64,000 nt of DNA from an uncultured Candidatus Rokubacteria bacterium (GTDB lineage: Bacteria > Methylomirabilota > Methylomirabilia > Rokubacteriales > CSP1-6), in NCBI GenBank assembly GCA_963747235.1, contig CAVVEU010000024.1, positions 288,001-352,000 of the forward strand, written 5' to 3'. The number at the start of each line of letters is the position of its first letter. The stretch's first letter is position 1. The notes below the pieces were generated by a model, which saw nothing but the letters and a program-made list of their open reading frames with translations, was not told the origin of the DNA and ran no database searches. The position numbers and the translations under genes are program-made. Below, in pieces: positions 55,504-64,000 of the stretch.

Positions 55504-56700
55504 TTGGATTTCACGCTGACGCCTGAGCAAACCTCGTTCCGCGACGAAGTGCGCGGCTGGCTGTCCAAGAACATGAAGCAGGACTGGGTCGCGCGTCTCA
55601 GCCAGGGTGCGGACATTCCGCGGCCCGAGGCCTACGAGATGCTCCGGCAGTGGCAGCGGCAGCTCTACGACGCCGGCTTCGTCGGGGTGACCTGGCCCAA
55701 GGAAGCGGGCGGCCGTGGGCTGACGTTCATGGAGGAGATGATCCTCCAGCAGGAGATGGCGCTCGCCAAGGCCCCGCCGGTGCTCAACATCCTGGCCGTC
55801 GGCATGGCCGGGCCCACGATCATCGCCTACGGCACCGACGAGCAGAAGAAGCGCTACCCGCCCAAGATGCTCTCGTGCGAGGAGATCTGGTGCCAGGGCT
55901 ACTCCGAGCCCAACGCGGGCTCCGACCTGGCGTCGTTGCAGACCCGCGCGGAGAAGGACGGCGACCACTACGTGATCAACGGGCAGAAGGTGTGGACGTC
56001 GCTCGCCCACGTCGCGGACTACATGATGCTGCTGGCCCGCACCGATCCGAGCGCGCCCAAGCACAAGGGCATCACCTACTTCCTGCTCGACATGAAGAGC
56101 CCCGGCATCACCGTCAAGCCGCTCAAGCAGATGACCGGCGACGCGGAGTTCAACGAGGTCTACTTCGACAACGTCCGCGTCCACGAGTCGCAGATCCTGG
56201 GCGGCTTCAACAACGGCTGGGCGGTCGGGCTCACCACCCTGATGTACGAGCGTCTCGCGCTCGGCTTCGGCCTGCAGGTGCGCCTGCGCATCGTGCTGGA
56301 CAGCCTCGTGGACCTCGCGCGCAACACCAAGAAGAACGGGGTGCCGGTGACGCAGGACCCGGTGATGCGCCAGAAGCTGGCCCAGATGTGGATCGACACC
56401 GAGGTGTTCAAGTACACCGGAGCCCGCGCGATCACCAAGCTGCTCCGGGGCGAGCTGCCCGGCCCCGAGGCCTCCGCGGGTAAGATGATGTGGGTGGAAG
56501 GGCATCAGCGCGTGCAGGAGCTCGCCATGGAGATCCAGGGCGCGTTCGGCCAGCTCACCCACGGCAGCGAGTGGGCGGTGGCGGACGGCCTCTGGCAGCA
56601 CACCTTCCTGCGCTCGCGGGCCAACTCGATCGAAGGCGGCACCACCGAGATCCAGCGCAACATCATCGGCGAGCGCGTGCTCGGCCTCCCGAAAGGCTAA
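55504..56700 (+). CDS. Acyl-CoA dehydrogenase family protein
   Basis: GGGAGG RBS + TTG; WCQGYSEPNAGSDLASL, GQKVWTS, IEGGTTEIQRNII. Confidence 0.94.
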   Translation: MDFTLTPEQTSFRDEVRGWLSKNMKQDWVARLSQGADIPRPEAYEMLRQWQRQLYDAGFVGVTWPKEAGGRGLTFMEEMILQQEMALAKAPPVLNILAVGMAGPTIIAYGTDEQKKRYPPKMLSCEEIWCQGYSEPNAGSDLASLQTRAEKDGDHYVINGQKVWTSLAHVADYMMLLARTDPSAPKHKGITYFLLDMKSPGITVKPLKQMTGDAEFNEVYFDNVRVHESQILGGFNNGWAVGLTTLMYERLALGFGLQVRLRIVLDSLVDLARNTKKNGVPVTQDPVMRQKLAQMWIDTEVFKYTGARAITKLLRGELPGPEASAGKMMWVEGHQRVQELAMEIQGAFGQLTHGSEWAVADGLWQHTFLRSRANSIEGGTTEIQRNIIGERVLGLPKG

Positions 56701-56703
56701 GCC

Positions 56704-57840
56704 ATGAACTTCGGGTTCAGCGAAGAGCAGGAGCTGCTCCGGAACACCGCGCGGAAGTTCTTCGAGAACGAGTGCCCCTCCGACACGGTGCGGCGCCTGA
56801 TGGAGACGCCGGAGGGCATCAACCCGGAGCTGTGGAAGAAGCTGGCCGAGCAGGGCTGGCTGGGCCTGATCTATCCCGAGCAGTACGACGGCATGGCGCT
56901 CGGTCTGGTGGACCTGGTCGTGCTCATGGAGGAGATGGGCCGCGCGGTGACGCCGGGCCCGTACTTCTCCACCGTGCTGCTGGGCGGGCTCGCCGTGCTC
57001 GAGGCGGGGAGCGACGCGCAGAAGAAGGAGTGGCTGCCGAAGATCGCGGCGGGCGACAAGCGTGTCGCCCTCGCCTGGATGGAGCCGAGCGCGCAGCTCG
57101 GCCCTGCCGGGGTCACCCTGACCGCGGTCGAGAAGGGTGGCACGTACACGCTCTCCGGCACCAAGCTCTTCGTCCACGACGCCCACACCGCGGACGCCCT
57201 CGTGGTGGCCGCGCGGACGCGGCCGGGCGCGGGCGCCGACGGGGTCTCGCTCTTTCTCCTGCCCAGGGGCACGAAGGGGCTCGAGGTGACGCTGCTGCCC
57301 ACCATGGACCAGACCCGCAAGCTCTGCGAGGTCGCGTGCGCCGACGTCACGGTGGGCGCCGACGCGCTGCTCGGCGCGGCGGGGGCGGGCTGGGCGCCGC
57401 TCGCCCGCGTGCTCGATCGCGCCACCGTGGCCCTCTGCGCCGAGATGTGCGGCGGGGCCCAGAAGGTGCTCGACATGACGGTCGAGTACGCGAAGATCCG
57501 CCAGGCCTTCGGCCGGCCGATCGGCTCGTACCAGGGCGTCAAGCACCGCGCGGCCGACATGCTGGTGGACGTGGAGAACAGCAAGTCCATCACCTACTAC
57601 GCGGCGTGGGCGCTCGACGAGAACTCGCCGGAGGCGCCGCTGGCGGTCAGCATGGCCAAGGCCTACGTCTCCGACGCCTTCCGGCGCGTCGCGGCGGCGG
57701 GCATCCAGCTCCACGGCGGCATCGGCTTCACCTGGGAGCACGACCTGCACCTCTACTTCAAGCGCGCGAAGGGCTCCGAGTTCACCTTCGGCGACGCCAC
57801 CCATCATCGCGAGCGGGTGGCGCAGCTCGTGAATCTCTAG
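56704..57840 (+). CDS. Acyl-CoA dehydrogenase family protein (partner subunit)
   Basis: RQAFGRPIGSYQGVKH, QLHGGIGFTWE. Confidence 0.93.
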   Translation: MNFGFSEEQELLRNTARKFFENECPSDTVRRLMETPEGINPELWKKLAEQGWLGLIYPEQYDGMALGLVDLVVLMEEMGRAVTPGPYFSTVLLGGLAVLEAGSDAQKKEWLPKIAAGDKRVALAWMEPSAQLGPAGVTLTAVEKGGTYTLSGTKLFVHDAHTADALVVAARTRPGAGADGVSLFLLPRGTKGLEVTLLPTMDQTRKLCEVACADVTVGADALLGAAGAGWAPLARVLDRATVALCAEMCGGAQKVLDMTVEYAKIRQAFGRPIGSYQGVKHRAADMLVDVENSKSITYYAAWALDENSPEAPLAVSMAKAYVSDAFRRVAAAGIQLHGGIGFTWEHDLHLYFKRAKGSEFTFGDATHHRERVAQLVNL

Positions 57841-57850
57841 TCCGCTCCCG

Positions 57851-59182
57851 ATGATCAAGCGGGTCCGGCAGCACGTGGGCCGGTGGATGCGGCGCGATCC
57901 GCGCGACGCGGCCGCCGACGCGCTCCTCTTCGCCGACCACGAAGAGATCCAGGACATCGCGCGCCAGATCCGCCGCACCAAGGTGGAGATGGACCGCTCG
58001 GTGCTCTCCATGCGGAGCTGGGCGCGCGACCTCGGCCGGCGCCTCGCGGAGGCGCCCCGCGGCCTCTCCCGCAACGAGGACCTGCGCGCGCTCGGCGAGA
58101 CCGTGGGCGGCCTCGCGCACAACTTCAACAACTCGCTCGCCGCGATCCTGGCCTACACCGAGCTGATGCTGCGCGAGAGCGAGTCGGAGGCCGCGCGCCG
58201 GCGGCTCATGGTGATCCGCGACGTGGCGCTCGAGGCGTCCGCGACGGTTCGCAAGCTGCAGGAGTTCGTCTCGCGCCAGCCCCAGACCGCCTACGGGCCG
58301 GTGGGCCTGCCCGCGGTCATCGCGGAGGCCCTCGAGCTCACCTCGCCGCGCTGGCGCGACGAGGCGGATCGCAAGGGCACCGTCATCACGGTGACCCAGG
58401 ACATGGAGGCCCTGCCGCCCGTCGAGGGCAATGCCTTCGAGCTGCGCGACGCCCTCGTGCGCCTCATCCACAACGCGGTGGACGCCATGCCGCGCGGCGG
58501 GTCCCTGGCCATCCGGGCCGCCGCCGAGGCCTCGGGCTGGGTGGTCGTGGAGGTGACGGACACCGGCGTGGGCATGTCGGTGGAGCAGCGGCGGCGCCTG
58601 GCCGAGCACGCCCGGAGCCTCCAGCCGGGGCAGGGGCCCGCGCAGGGGCTGGCCGAGGTCTACGACATCGTCGAGCGGCACGGGGGCAGCGTGACCATCG
58701 ACAGCGCGGTCGGCAAGGGCACCACGGTGCGGCTGCGGCTGCACGCGAGCCGCTTCCAGATCATCCCCGCCTCCGAGGGGCTGGCCGAGCGGCAGGTCGC
58801 GCCGGAGCATGCCGCGCGCGTGCTCCTGGTGGACGACGATCCGCGCCTGCTCACCGTGCTCTCCGACGTGCTGCGCAGCGAGGGGCACGCGATCACCACC
58901 GCCGCCAACGGCGACGAGGCGCTCGCGGTGTTCGATCCGGGCGCGCACGACGTGGTCATCACCGATCTCGGCATGCCCAAGATGAACGGCTGGGAAGTGG
59001 CCGAGCGCATCAAGACGCGCTCGCCCGCGACCGCGGTGTTCATCCTCACCGGGTGGGGCGAGGGCGTCTCGGCGCACGAGTCCATGCAGTTCGTGGACCG
59101 CGTCATCGCCAAGCCGGTGTCCGCGGAAGCCCTGCTGGAGCAGCTCGCCGGTCTCACGCGGTCCCGCGTCCCGCCCGCGTGA
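57851..59182 (+). CDS. Cytoplasmic hybrid histidine kinase/receiver protein
   Basis: LAHNFNN, NAVDAM, DTGVGM; REC with VDDD, TDLGMP, AKP. Confidence 0.85.
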   Translation: MIKRVRQHVGRWMRRDPRDAAADALLFADHEEIQDIARQIRRTKVEMDRSVLSMRSWARDLGRRLAEAPRGLSRNEDLRALGETVGGLAHNFNNSLAAILAYTELMLRESESEAARRRLMVIRDVALEASATVRKLQEFVSRQPQTAYGPVGLPAVIAEALELTSPRWRDEADRKGTVITVTQDMEALPPVEGNAFELRDALVRLIHNAVDAMPRGGSLAIRAAAEASGWVVVEVTDTGVGMSVEQRRRLAEHARSLQPGQGPAQGLAEVYDIVERHGGSVTIDSAVGKGTTVRLRLHASRFQIIPASEGLAERQVAPEHAARVLLVDDDPRLLTVLSDVLRSEGHAITTAANGDEALAVFDPGAHDVVITDLGMPKMNGWEVAERIKTRSPATAVFILTGWGEGVSAHESMQFVDRVIAKPVSAEALLEQLAGLTRSRVPPA

Positions 59183-59989
59183 CGGCCGCTCCGTCTCCGC
59201 CCGTCGCCCCCCGGCCCGCCGCCTCCGTGCTGCTGGTGCGCCCGGGCACGGCCTGCCCGGTCGAGGTCTACATGATCCGGCGGCAGAAGAGCATGCGCTT
59301 CCTGGGCGGCTTCTACGCCTTCCCCGGCGGCAAGGTCGAGCCCGCCGACGGCTCCGAGGAAGCGGTCGCCCGCTGCCGCGGCATCTCCTCGGCCGCCGCG
59401 CTCGCCGCCTTCCCGGCCGCGGACGGGATCCCGCCGCTCGCCTTCTGGGTCACCGCCGCGCGCGAGCTGGTCGAGGAGACGGGGCTGCTGGTCGGCTGCG
59501 ACGCCGACGGCCGGCCGGTGGACACGCGTGATTCGGCGGTCCGTGACCGCGTGGAACGGCTCCGTCACGCCCTGGCCGGCGAGGAGGCGCCCTTCCACGT
59601 GCTGCTCGGCCGCGAGGGCTGGCACCTCGACCTCGCGCCCTTTCGCTACCTCTCGCACTTCATCACGCCGCCCTCGAACCCGATCCGCTTCACCGCGCGC
59701 TTCTTCCTGGCCCCGGTGCCGGCCGGGCAGGAGCCGCGCCTGCTCGGCGGCGAGGCCTCCGAGGGCTTCTGGATCGATCCCGCCGAGGGCCACCGCCGCT
59801 TCCTCGCGGGGGAGATGCCGATGGCCGAGCCGGCCGACTGCGGGCTCGGGTACATCGCGGGCTTCGACACGCTGGACGCGCGTGTGGGCCGCGCACACCG
59901 ACGGGCGCCACAAGTTCCACGGCATCCTCGACCGCATCGAAACGGCTGGCTTCTCCATTCCCCGGAGCAAGCGAGTCGGCCAGAGCTGA
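59179..59989 (+). CDS. NUDIX hydrolase (apparent frameshift near 59880)
   Basis: PRPAASVLL, FPGGKV, ARELVEETG, HFITP...RFTARFF. Confidence 0.85.
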
Positions 59990-60002
59990 GCGCGCGCGCG
60001 GC

Positions 60003-61509
60003 ATGGACAATGCGGCGGCCCTCTTCGTGGACGCGCCGGTCGAGGAAGGCCACGGCGCGCGGACGGCCCTCGCTCACCCCGACCGGGCCCGTCAGCTACG
60101 CCGATCTCCAGCGCCTGACCGATCGGGCCGCCCACGCGCTGCGGGCGCGCGGGGTGGAGCCCGAGCAGCGCGTGGCGATCCTCCTCCCCGACGGTCCCGC
60201 CTGGGCCGCGACCTTCTTCGCCGCGCTGAAGCTCGGCGCGGTGGCGGTCCCGCTGAACACGCGGCTCGACGCCGCCCAGCTCCGGACCGTCCTGGCCGAT
60301 TGCCGGCCGAAGGTGGTGGTGGCCGATCGCGCGGTGCTGGCCGCGTCGGGCCCACCCCGGACGGTCGCGTCCACGCTCGGCCCCCGCGCGCTCGACTTCG
60401 ACACGCTGGTGGCCGGCGCGTCCGACACGGCGCTGCCGCCCGAGCCGGTGGGCGGCGACGCGATGGCCTTCTGGCTCTACACGTCCGGCACGACCGGCTC
60501 GCCGAAGGCGGCCGTGCACTGCCACCGCACGCTCCCCGCGTGCCACCACTACCTGGACGTGCTCGGCGTGACCGCCGCCGACCGGATCTTCGCCACGTCG
60601 AAGCTCTTCTTCGCCTACGCCCTCGGCAACGCGCTGCTGATTCCGCTCCGCGCCCGCGCCACGACGTACCTGCACCCGGGCTGGCCGGATCCGGCCACGG
60701 TGGCGACCGCGATGCGCGAGATTCGCCCCACCCTCTTCTTCTCCGTGCCGACGGTCTACGCGCGGCTGCTCCACGCCGACCTGCCCGCCGAGACCTTCAG
60801 CTCGGCGCGCCTCTGCGTCTCGGCCGGCGAGCGGCTGCCCGCCGAGCTCTACGCCGCCTGGCGGGAGCGGTTCGGCGTGGAGATCCTCGACGGCATCGGC
60901 GCCACCGAGACCATCTTCATGATGCTCTCCAACCGGCCGGGCCGGAGCCGCCCCGGGTCCTCGGGCGAGCCGGTGCCGGGCACGGAGGCCCGGATCCTGG
61001 ACGCGGAGGGCCGGCCGGTGCCGGACGGCCAGGAAGGCGTGCTCTGGGTGCGCGCGCCCTCGCAGGCCGCCGGCTACTGGCAGCGCCTCGACCACTCGCG
61101 CCGGACCTTCGTGGGCGACTGGTTCCGCACCGGCGACGTCTACCGCCGCGAGGCGGACGGCGGGCACGTCCACTGCGGCCGCGAGGACGATTTCTTCAAG
61201 GTGGCCGGGCAGTGGGTGGCCCCGGCCGCGGTAGAATCGGTCCTGCTCCGGCACCCGGGCGTGCTCGACGGCGGGGTCGTCGGCGCCGAGGAGGCCGGTG
61301 GGCTCATCAAGCCCTTCGTGTTCGTCGTGCCGCGCGATCCGGCTGCTGAGCCGGAGGCGCTGCGGGCGGACGTGCGGCGGTTCCTGGAGGGCGCGCTGCC
61401 GCCCCACCAGCGGCCGCGGGAGATCAGGATCGTGAGCGAGCTGCCGCGCACCGCGACCGGGAAGCTCCAGCGCTTCCGCCTGCGCGAGCTGGTGCAGGCC
61501 CACGCGTGA
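60003..61509 (+). CDS. Benzoate-CoA ligase family aryl-CoA ligase (apparent frameshift near 60075)
   Basis: FWLYTSGTTGSPK, KLFFAYALGN, DGIGATE, RTGD, PRTATGKLQRF. Confidence 0.9.
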
Positions 61510-61937
61510 CGGTCGCCAACGCGCTGGCCGTGAAGGTGCGCTGGAGCGAGGCCGATCCGGCCGGGATCGTGTTCTACCCGCGCTTCTTCGAGTGGTTCGA
61601 CCTGGGCACCGAGGCCCTCTTCGAGGCGCTCGGGCTGCCGTGGCGCGAGCTGTTTCCGGCCGAGCGCATCGTGGGCGTGCCCATCGTGGAGACGGGCGCG
61701 CGCTTCGCCTCGCCGGTCCGCTACGGCGACCTGGTGCGGATCGAGACCACGGTGAGCGAGGTGCGCGAGAAGACGTTCCGGGTCGAGCACGAGATATCCG
61801 TCGGCGGCCGGCGCTGCGCCACCGGCTTCGAGGTGCGCGCCTGGGTGGCGCAGCCCGAGACCCCCGGCGGCGCCCTGGCCGCCCGCCCCATCGCCGCGCG
61901 GGTCGCCGCCCGCCTCAGGGGAGAATCCGGTCCATGA
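61506..61937 (+). CDS. 4HBT-like acyl-CoA thioesterase
   Basis: VRWSEADPAGIVFYPRFFEWFD. Confidence 0.9.
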   Translation: MTVANALAVKVRWSEADPAGIVFYPRFFEWFDLGTEALFEALGLPWRELFPAERIVGVPIVETGARFASPVRYGDLVRIETTVSEVREKTFRVEHEISVGGRRCATGFEVRAWVAQPETPGGALAARPIAARVAARLRGESGP

Positions 61938-62770
61938 GCCCACTCGCCGCCGCATTCCTGACCGTCCACACCCCGCGCTACTGCACGCTCGAGGCCGCCA
62001 TCGAGGGCAAGCTCGCGTCGGAAGTCTTCCGCCCGGTGCGCGACGGCCTGATCGCGCAGGGCGACGTCGTGGCGCAGGCCAGGCTCGACGTGACCGTGAT
62101 CAACTCGTGCCACCTGATCACCACGTTCCCCACCGTGGTGGACGGCACCCCGCGGCACCAGGGCGTGCTCACCGCGCAGGAGGCGCCCGAGATCATTCAC
62201 GGCGTGGCCTACGACTACCCGGGCGACTACGACCTGGCCGCGCGCCTCATCGCCCGCGGCCGAGCGGCGGGCCTCCAGTGCGTGCTGGCCAACGACGTCC
62301 ACTATCCGCTCGACTACGGCACGCTGATGCCGATGGTCTGCTATCTGGATCGCGCGCAGCGCACCCCGATCGTGCCGGTGTCGGTCTGCCTGTCCGCCGA
62401 TCTGAACGAGGCCCACGCGTGGGGCCGCCACGTGGCCCGGGTGGCGGGCGAGAGCGACAAGCGCGTCGGCTTCGTGGCCAGCGGCAGCGTCTCCCACAAG
62501 CTGGTGCGGGGGCCGGAGAAGGCGCCCCTGCCGGCCGACCAGGAGCTCGACCACCGCTTCGCCCGGCTCCTGGCCGACGGCGAGTTCGAGAAGCTCTGGG
62601 CCTGGCTCCCCGAGTTCACGCGCACCACCGAGGCCGAGATGGGCGGCCGCCACCTGGCCATGCTGCTGGGGGCGGTCATGGAGTCGGGCCGGCGCTTCGT
62701 GCCCGCCGTCCACGCCTACGGCCCGTCCTCGGGCAGCGGCAACTACGTGATCTCCCTAACCGGTCTATAA
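61934..62770 (+). CDS. Class III (LigB/HpaD-like) extradiol dioxygenase
   Basis: TVHTP, INSCH, LDYGTLMPM, VASGSVSH, C-terminal GPSSGSG. Confidence 0.8.
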   Translation: MSPLAAAFLTVHTPRYCTLEAAIEGKLASEVFRPVRDGLIAQGDVVAQARLDVTVINSCHLITTFPTVVDGTPRHQGVLTAQEAPEIIHGVAYDYPGDYDLAARLIARGRAAGLQCVLANDVHYPLDYGTLMPMVCYLDRAQRTPIVPVSVCLSADLNEAHAWGRHVARVAGESDKRVGFVASGSVSHKLVRGPEKAPLPADQELDHRFARLLADGEFEKLWAWLPEFTRTTEAEMGGRHLAMLLGAVMESGRRFVPAVHAYGPSSGSGNYVISLTGL

Positions 62771-62805
62771 TCGACCGCTCGCACTCTCCCAAGGAGGGGA
62801 CAGGA

Positions 62806-64000
62806 ATGGACAAGGTCACACGGCGGAAGTTCCTCGGTGGAGCCACGCTCGCGGCGGCCGGCACGGCGATGGGCCCGTGGGTGCTGCGCGCCGGCGCGCA
62901 GTCGGGCCCGATCAAGATCGGCGTCGTGCTGCCGTACTCGGGCGTCTACGCGGTGCTCGGCGAGTCCATCACGCAGGGCATGGAGCTGGTCTTCGGCCGC
63001 GAGAACTGGACGGTGGCGGGGCGCAAGATCGAGATGATCAAGGAAGACGACGAGATGCAGCCGCCGGTGGGCGTCCGCAAGACCGAGAAGCTCATCGACT
63101 CCGACAAGGTGGACATCCTCACCGGGCCGGTGCACAGCGGCATCCTGATGGGCATGCGCGACAAGGTCCACAACAGCAAGACCATCCTGATCGTCTCCAA
63201 CGCGGGCGCCGACGCGATCAGCCGCGAGCGCTGCTCGAAGTGGATCTTCCGCACCTCGTTCTCGAACTGGCAGCCCTGCCAGCCCATGGGCGGCTGGGTG
63301 GCCAAGAACGTGTCGAAGGACGTGTTCCTGACCGCGCCCAACTACCAGGCCGGCAAGGACATGATGAACGCCTTCAAGGAGACCTTCGTGCCCGGCCGGC
63401 GGCAAGATCGTGGCCGAGGACTACCCGAAGCTCGGCGAGACGGACTACGCGCCGTACCTGACCAAGATCCGGCAGTCCGGCGCCAAGGCGGTGTTCGCCT
63501 TCTTCTCGGGCACGGACGCGGTGAACTTCGTGAAGCAGTACGCCCAGTTCGGGCTCAAGCAGAACATCAAGCTCACCGGCGCGGGCTTCCTCACCGAGCC
63601 CGACGTGCTGCCCGGCCCAGGGCGCCGTCCGCGCTGGGGGTCATCACCGGGCACTTCTACACGCCGCTGCTCGACAACGCCACGAACCACCGCTTCGTGA
63701 AGGAGTTCCGCGACAAGTACTTCGGCAAGATGCCCGACGGCTTCGCCTGCCAGGGGTACGACACCGCCGAGGTGATCGTCCGGGCGCTCAAGGCGGTCAA
63801 CGGCAACACCCAGGACAAGGACAAGCTGGTGGACGTCATCGCCAAGGTGGAGTTCGACAGCCCGCGGGGCCGCTTCAAGTTCGACCCCAAGACGCACAAC
63901 GTGATCCAGCCGTTCATCTACGTCCGCGAGGTGCGCGAGGTCGTACGGCGGGCTCAACAACGTGCCGATCGACAAGGTCGCCAACGTGACGGATCCCGGC
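62806..64000 (+). CDS. Branched-chain/aromatic-type ABC substrate-binding protein, Tat-exported (partial, apparent frameshifts)
   Basis: MDKVTRRKFLG; IKIGVVLPYSGVYA, TGPVHSG, PNYQAG, FDSPRG. Confidence 0.88.
   Translation, partial: MDKVTRRKFLGGATLAAAGTAMGPWVLRAGAQSGPIKIGVVLPYSGVYAVLGESITQGMELVFGRENWTVAGRKIEMIKEDDEMQPPVGVRKTEKLIDSDKVDILTGPVHSGILMGMRDKVHNSKTILIVSNAGADAISRERCSKWIFRTSFSNWQPCQPMGGWVAKNVSKDVFLTAPNYQAGKDMMNAFKETFVPGRRQDRGRGLPEARRDGLRAVPDQDPAVRRQGGVRLLLGHGRGELREAVRPVRAQAEHQAHRRGLPHRARRAARPRAPSALGVITGHFYTPLLDNATNHRFVKEFRDKYFGKMPDGFACQGYDTAEVIVRALKAVNGNTQDKDKLVDVIAKVEFDSPRGRFKFDPKTHNVIQPFIYVREVREVVRRAQQRADRQGRQRDGSR

Noticed and set aside
57883-61509. 1208-aa NUDIX-CoA ligase fusion in the ORF track
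   Set aside because: Produced by two apparent frameshifts; the NUDIX stop (59989) and ligase start (60003) exist in other frames

Overview
Very GC-rich (roughly 70% by eye) chromosomal segment of a diderm bacterium (lpxC present). Gene style suggests Candidatus Rokubacteria/Methylomirabilota; this is inference, not tested. It is mostly core genome: yicC-gmk-rpoZ-coaBC, a NitT/TauT-type ABC transporter, a PyrR-attenuated pyr operon, lpxC-DUF4390-ntrYX-like genes, lepA-lepB-hemW-hrcA-grpE-dnaJ-prmA-rsmE, nucleotide-sugar genes, a caa3-type oxidase operon and an aromatic-acid/CoA catabolic cluster. Many genes carry single-base frameshifts, best explained as long-read assembly errors. Most notable: (1) a four-copy palindromic element, always between co-directional genes; one copy lies in a 134-bp insert with a CCATGA direct repeat and a mini-ORF that would preserve translational coupling, and two copies share outer flanks with the core inverted; (2) a 7.4-kb block with a STAND-type nucleotide cyclase, an orphan gene and a signal-less, active-site-variant M4 metallopeptidase under a mirror-symmetric divergent promoter; (3) a sigma54 promoter with paired TGT-N10-ACA sites upstream of lpxC; (4) a capped ubiquitin-like ThiS/MoaD protein in a thioredoxin/LLM cluster; (5) several small unannotated ORFs and likely leaderless transcripts. 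No rRNA, tRNA, CRISPR array or transposase was seen.
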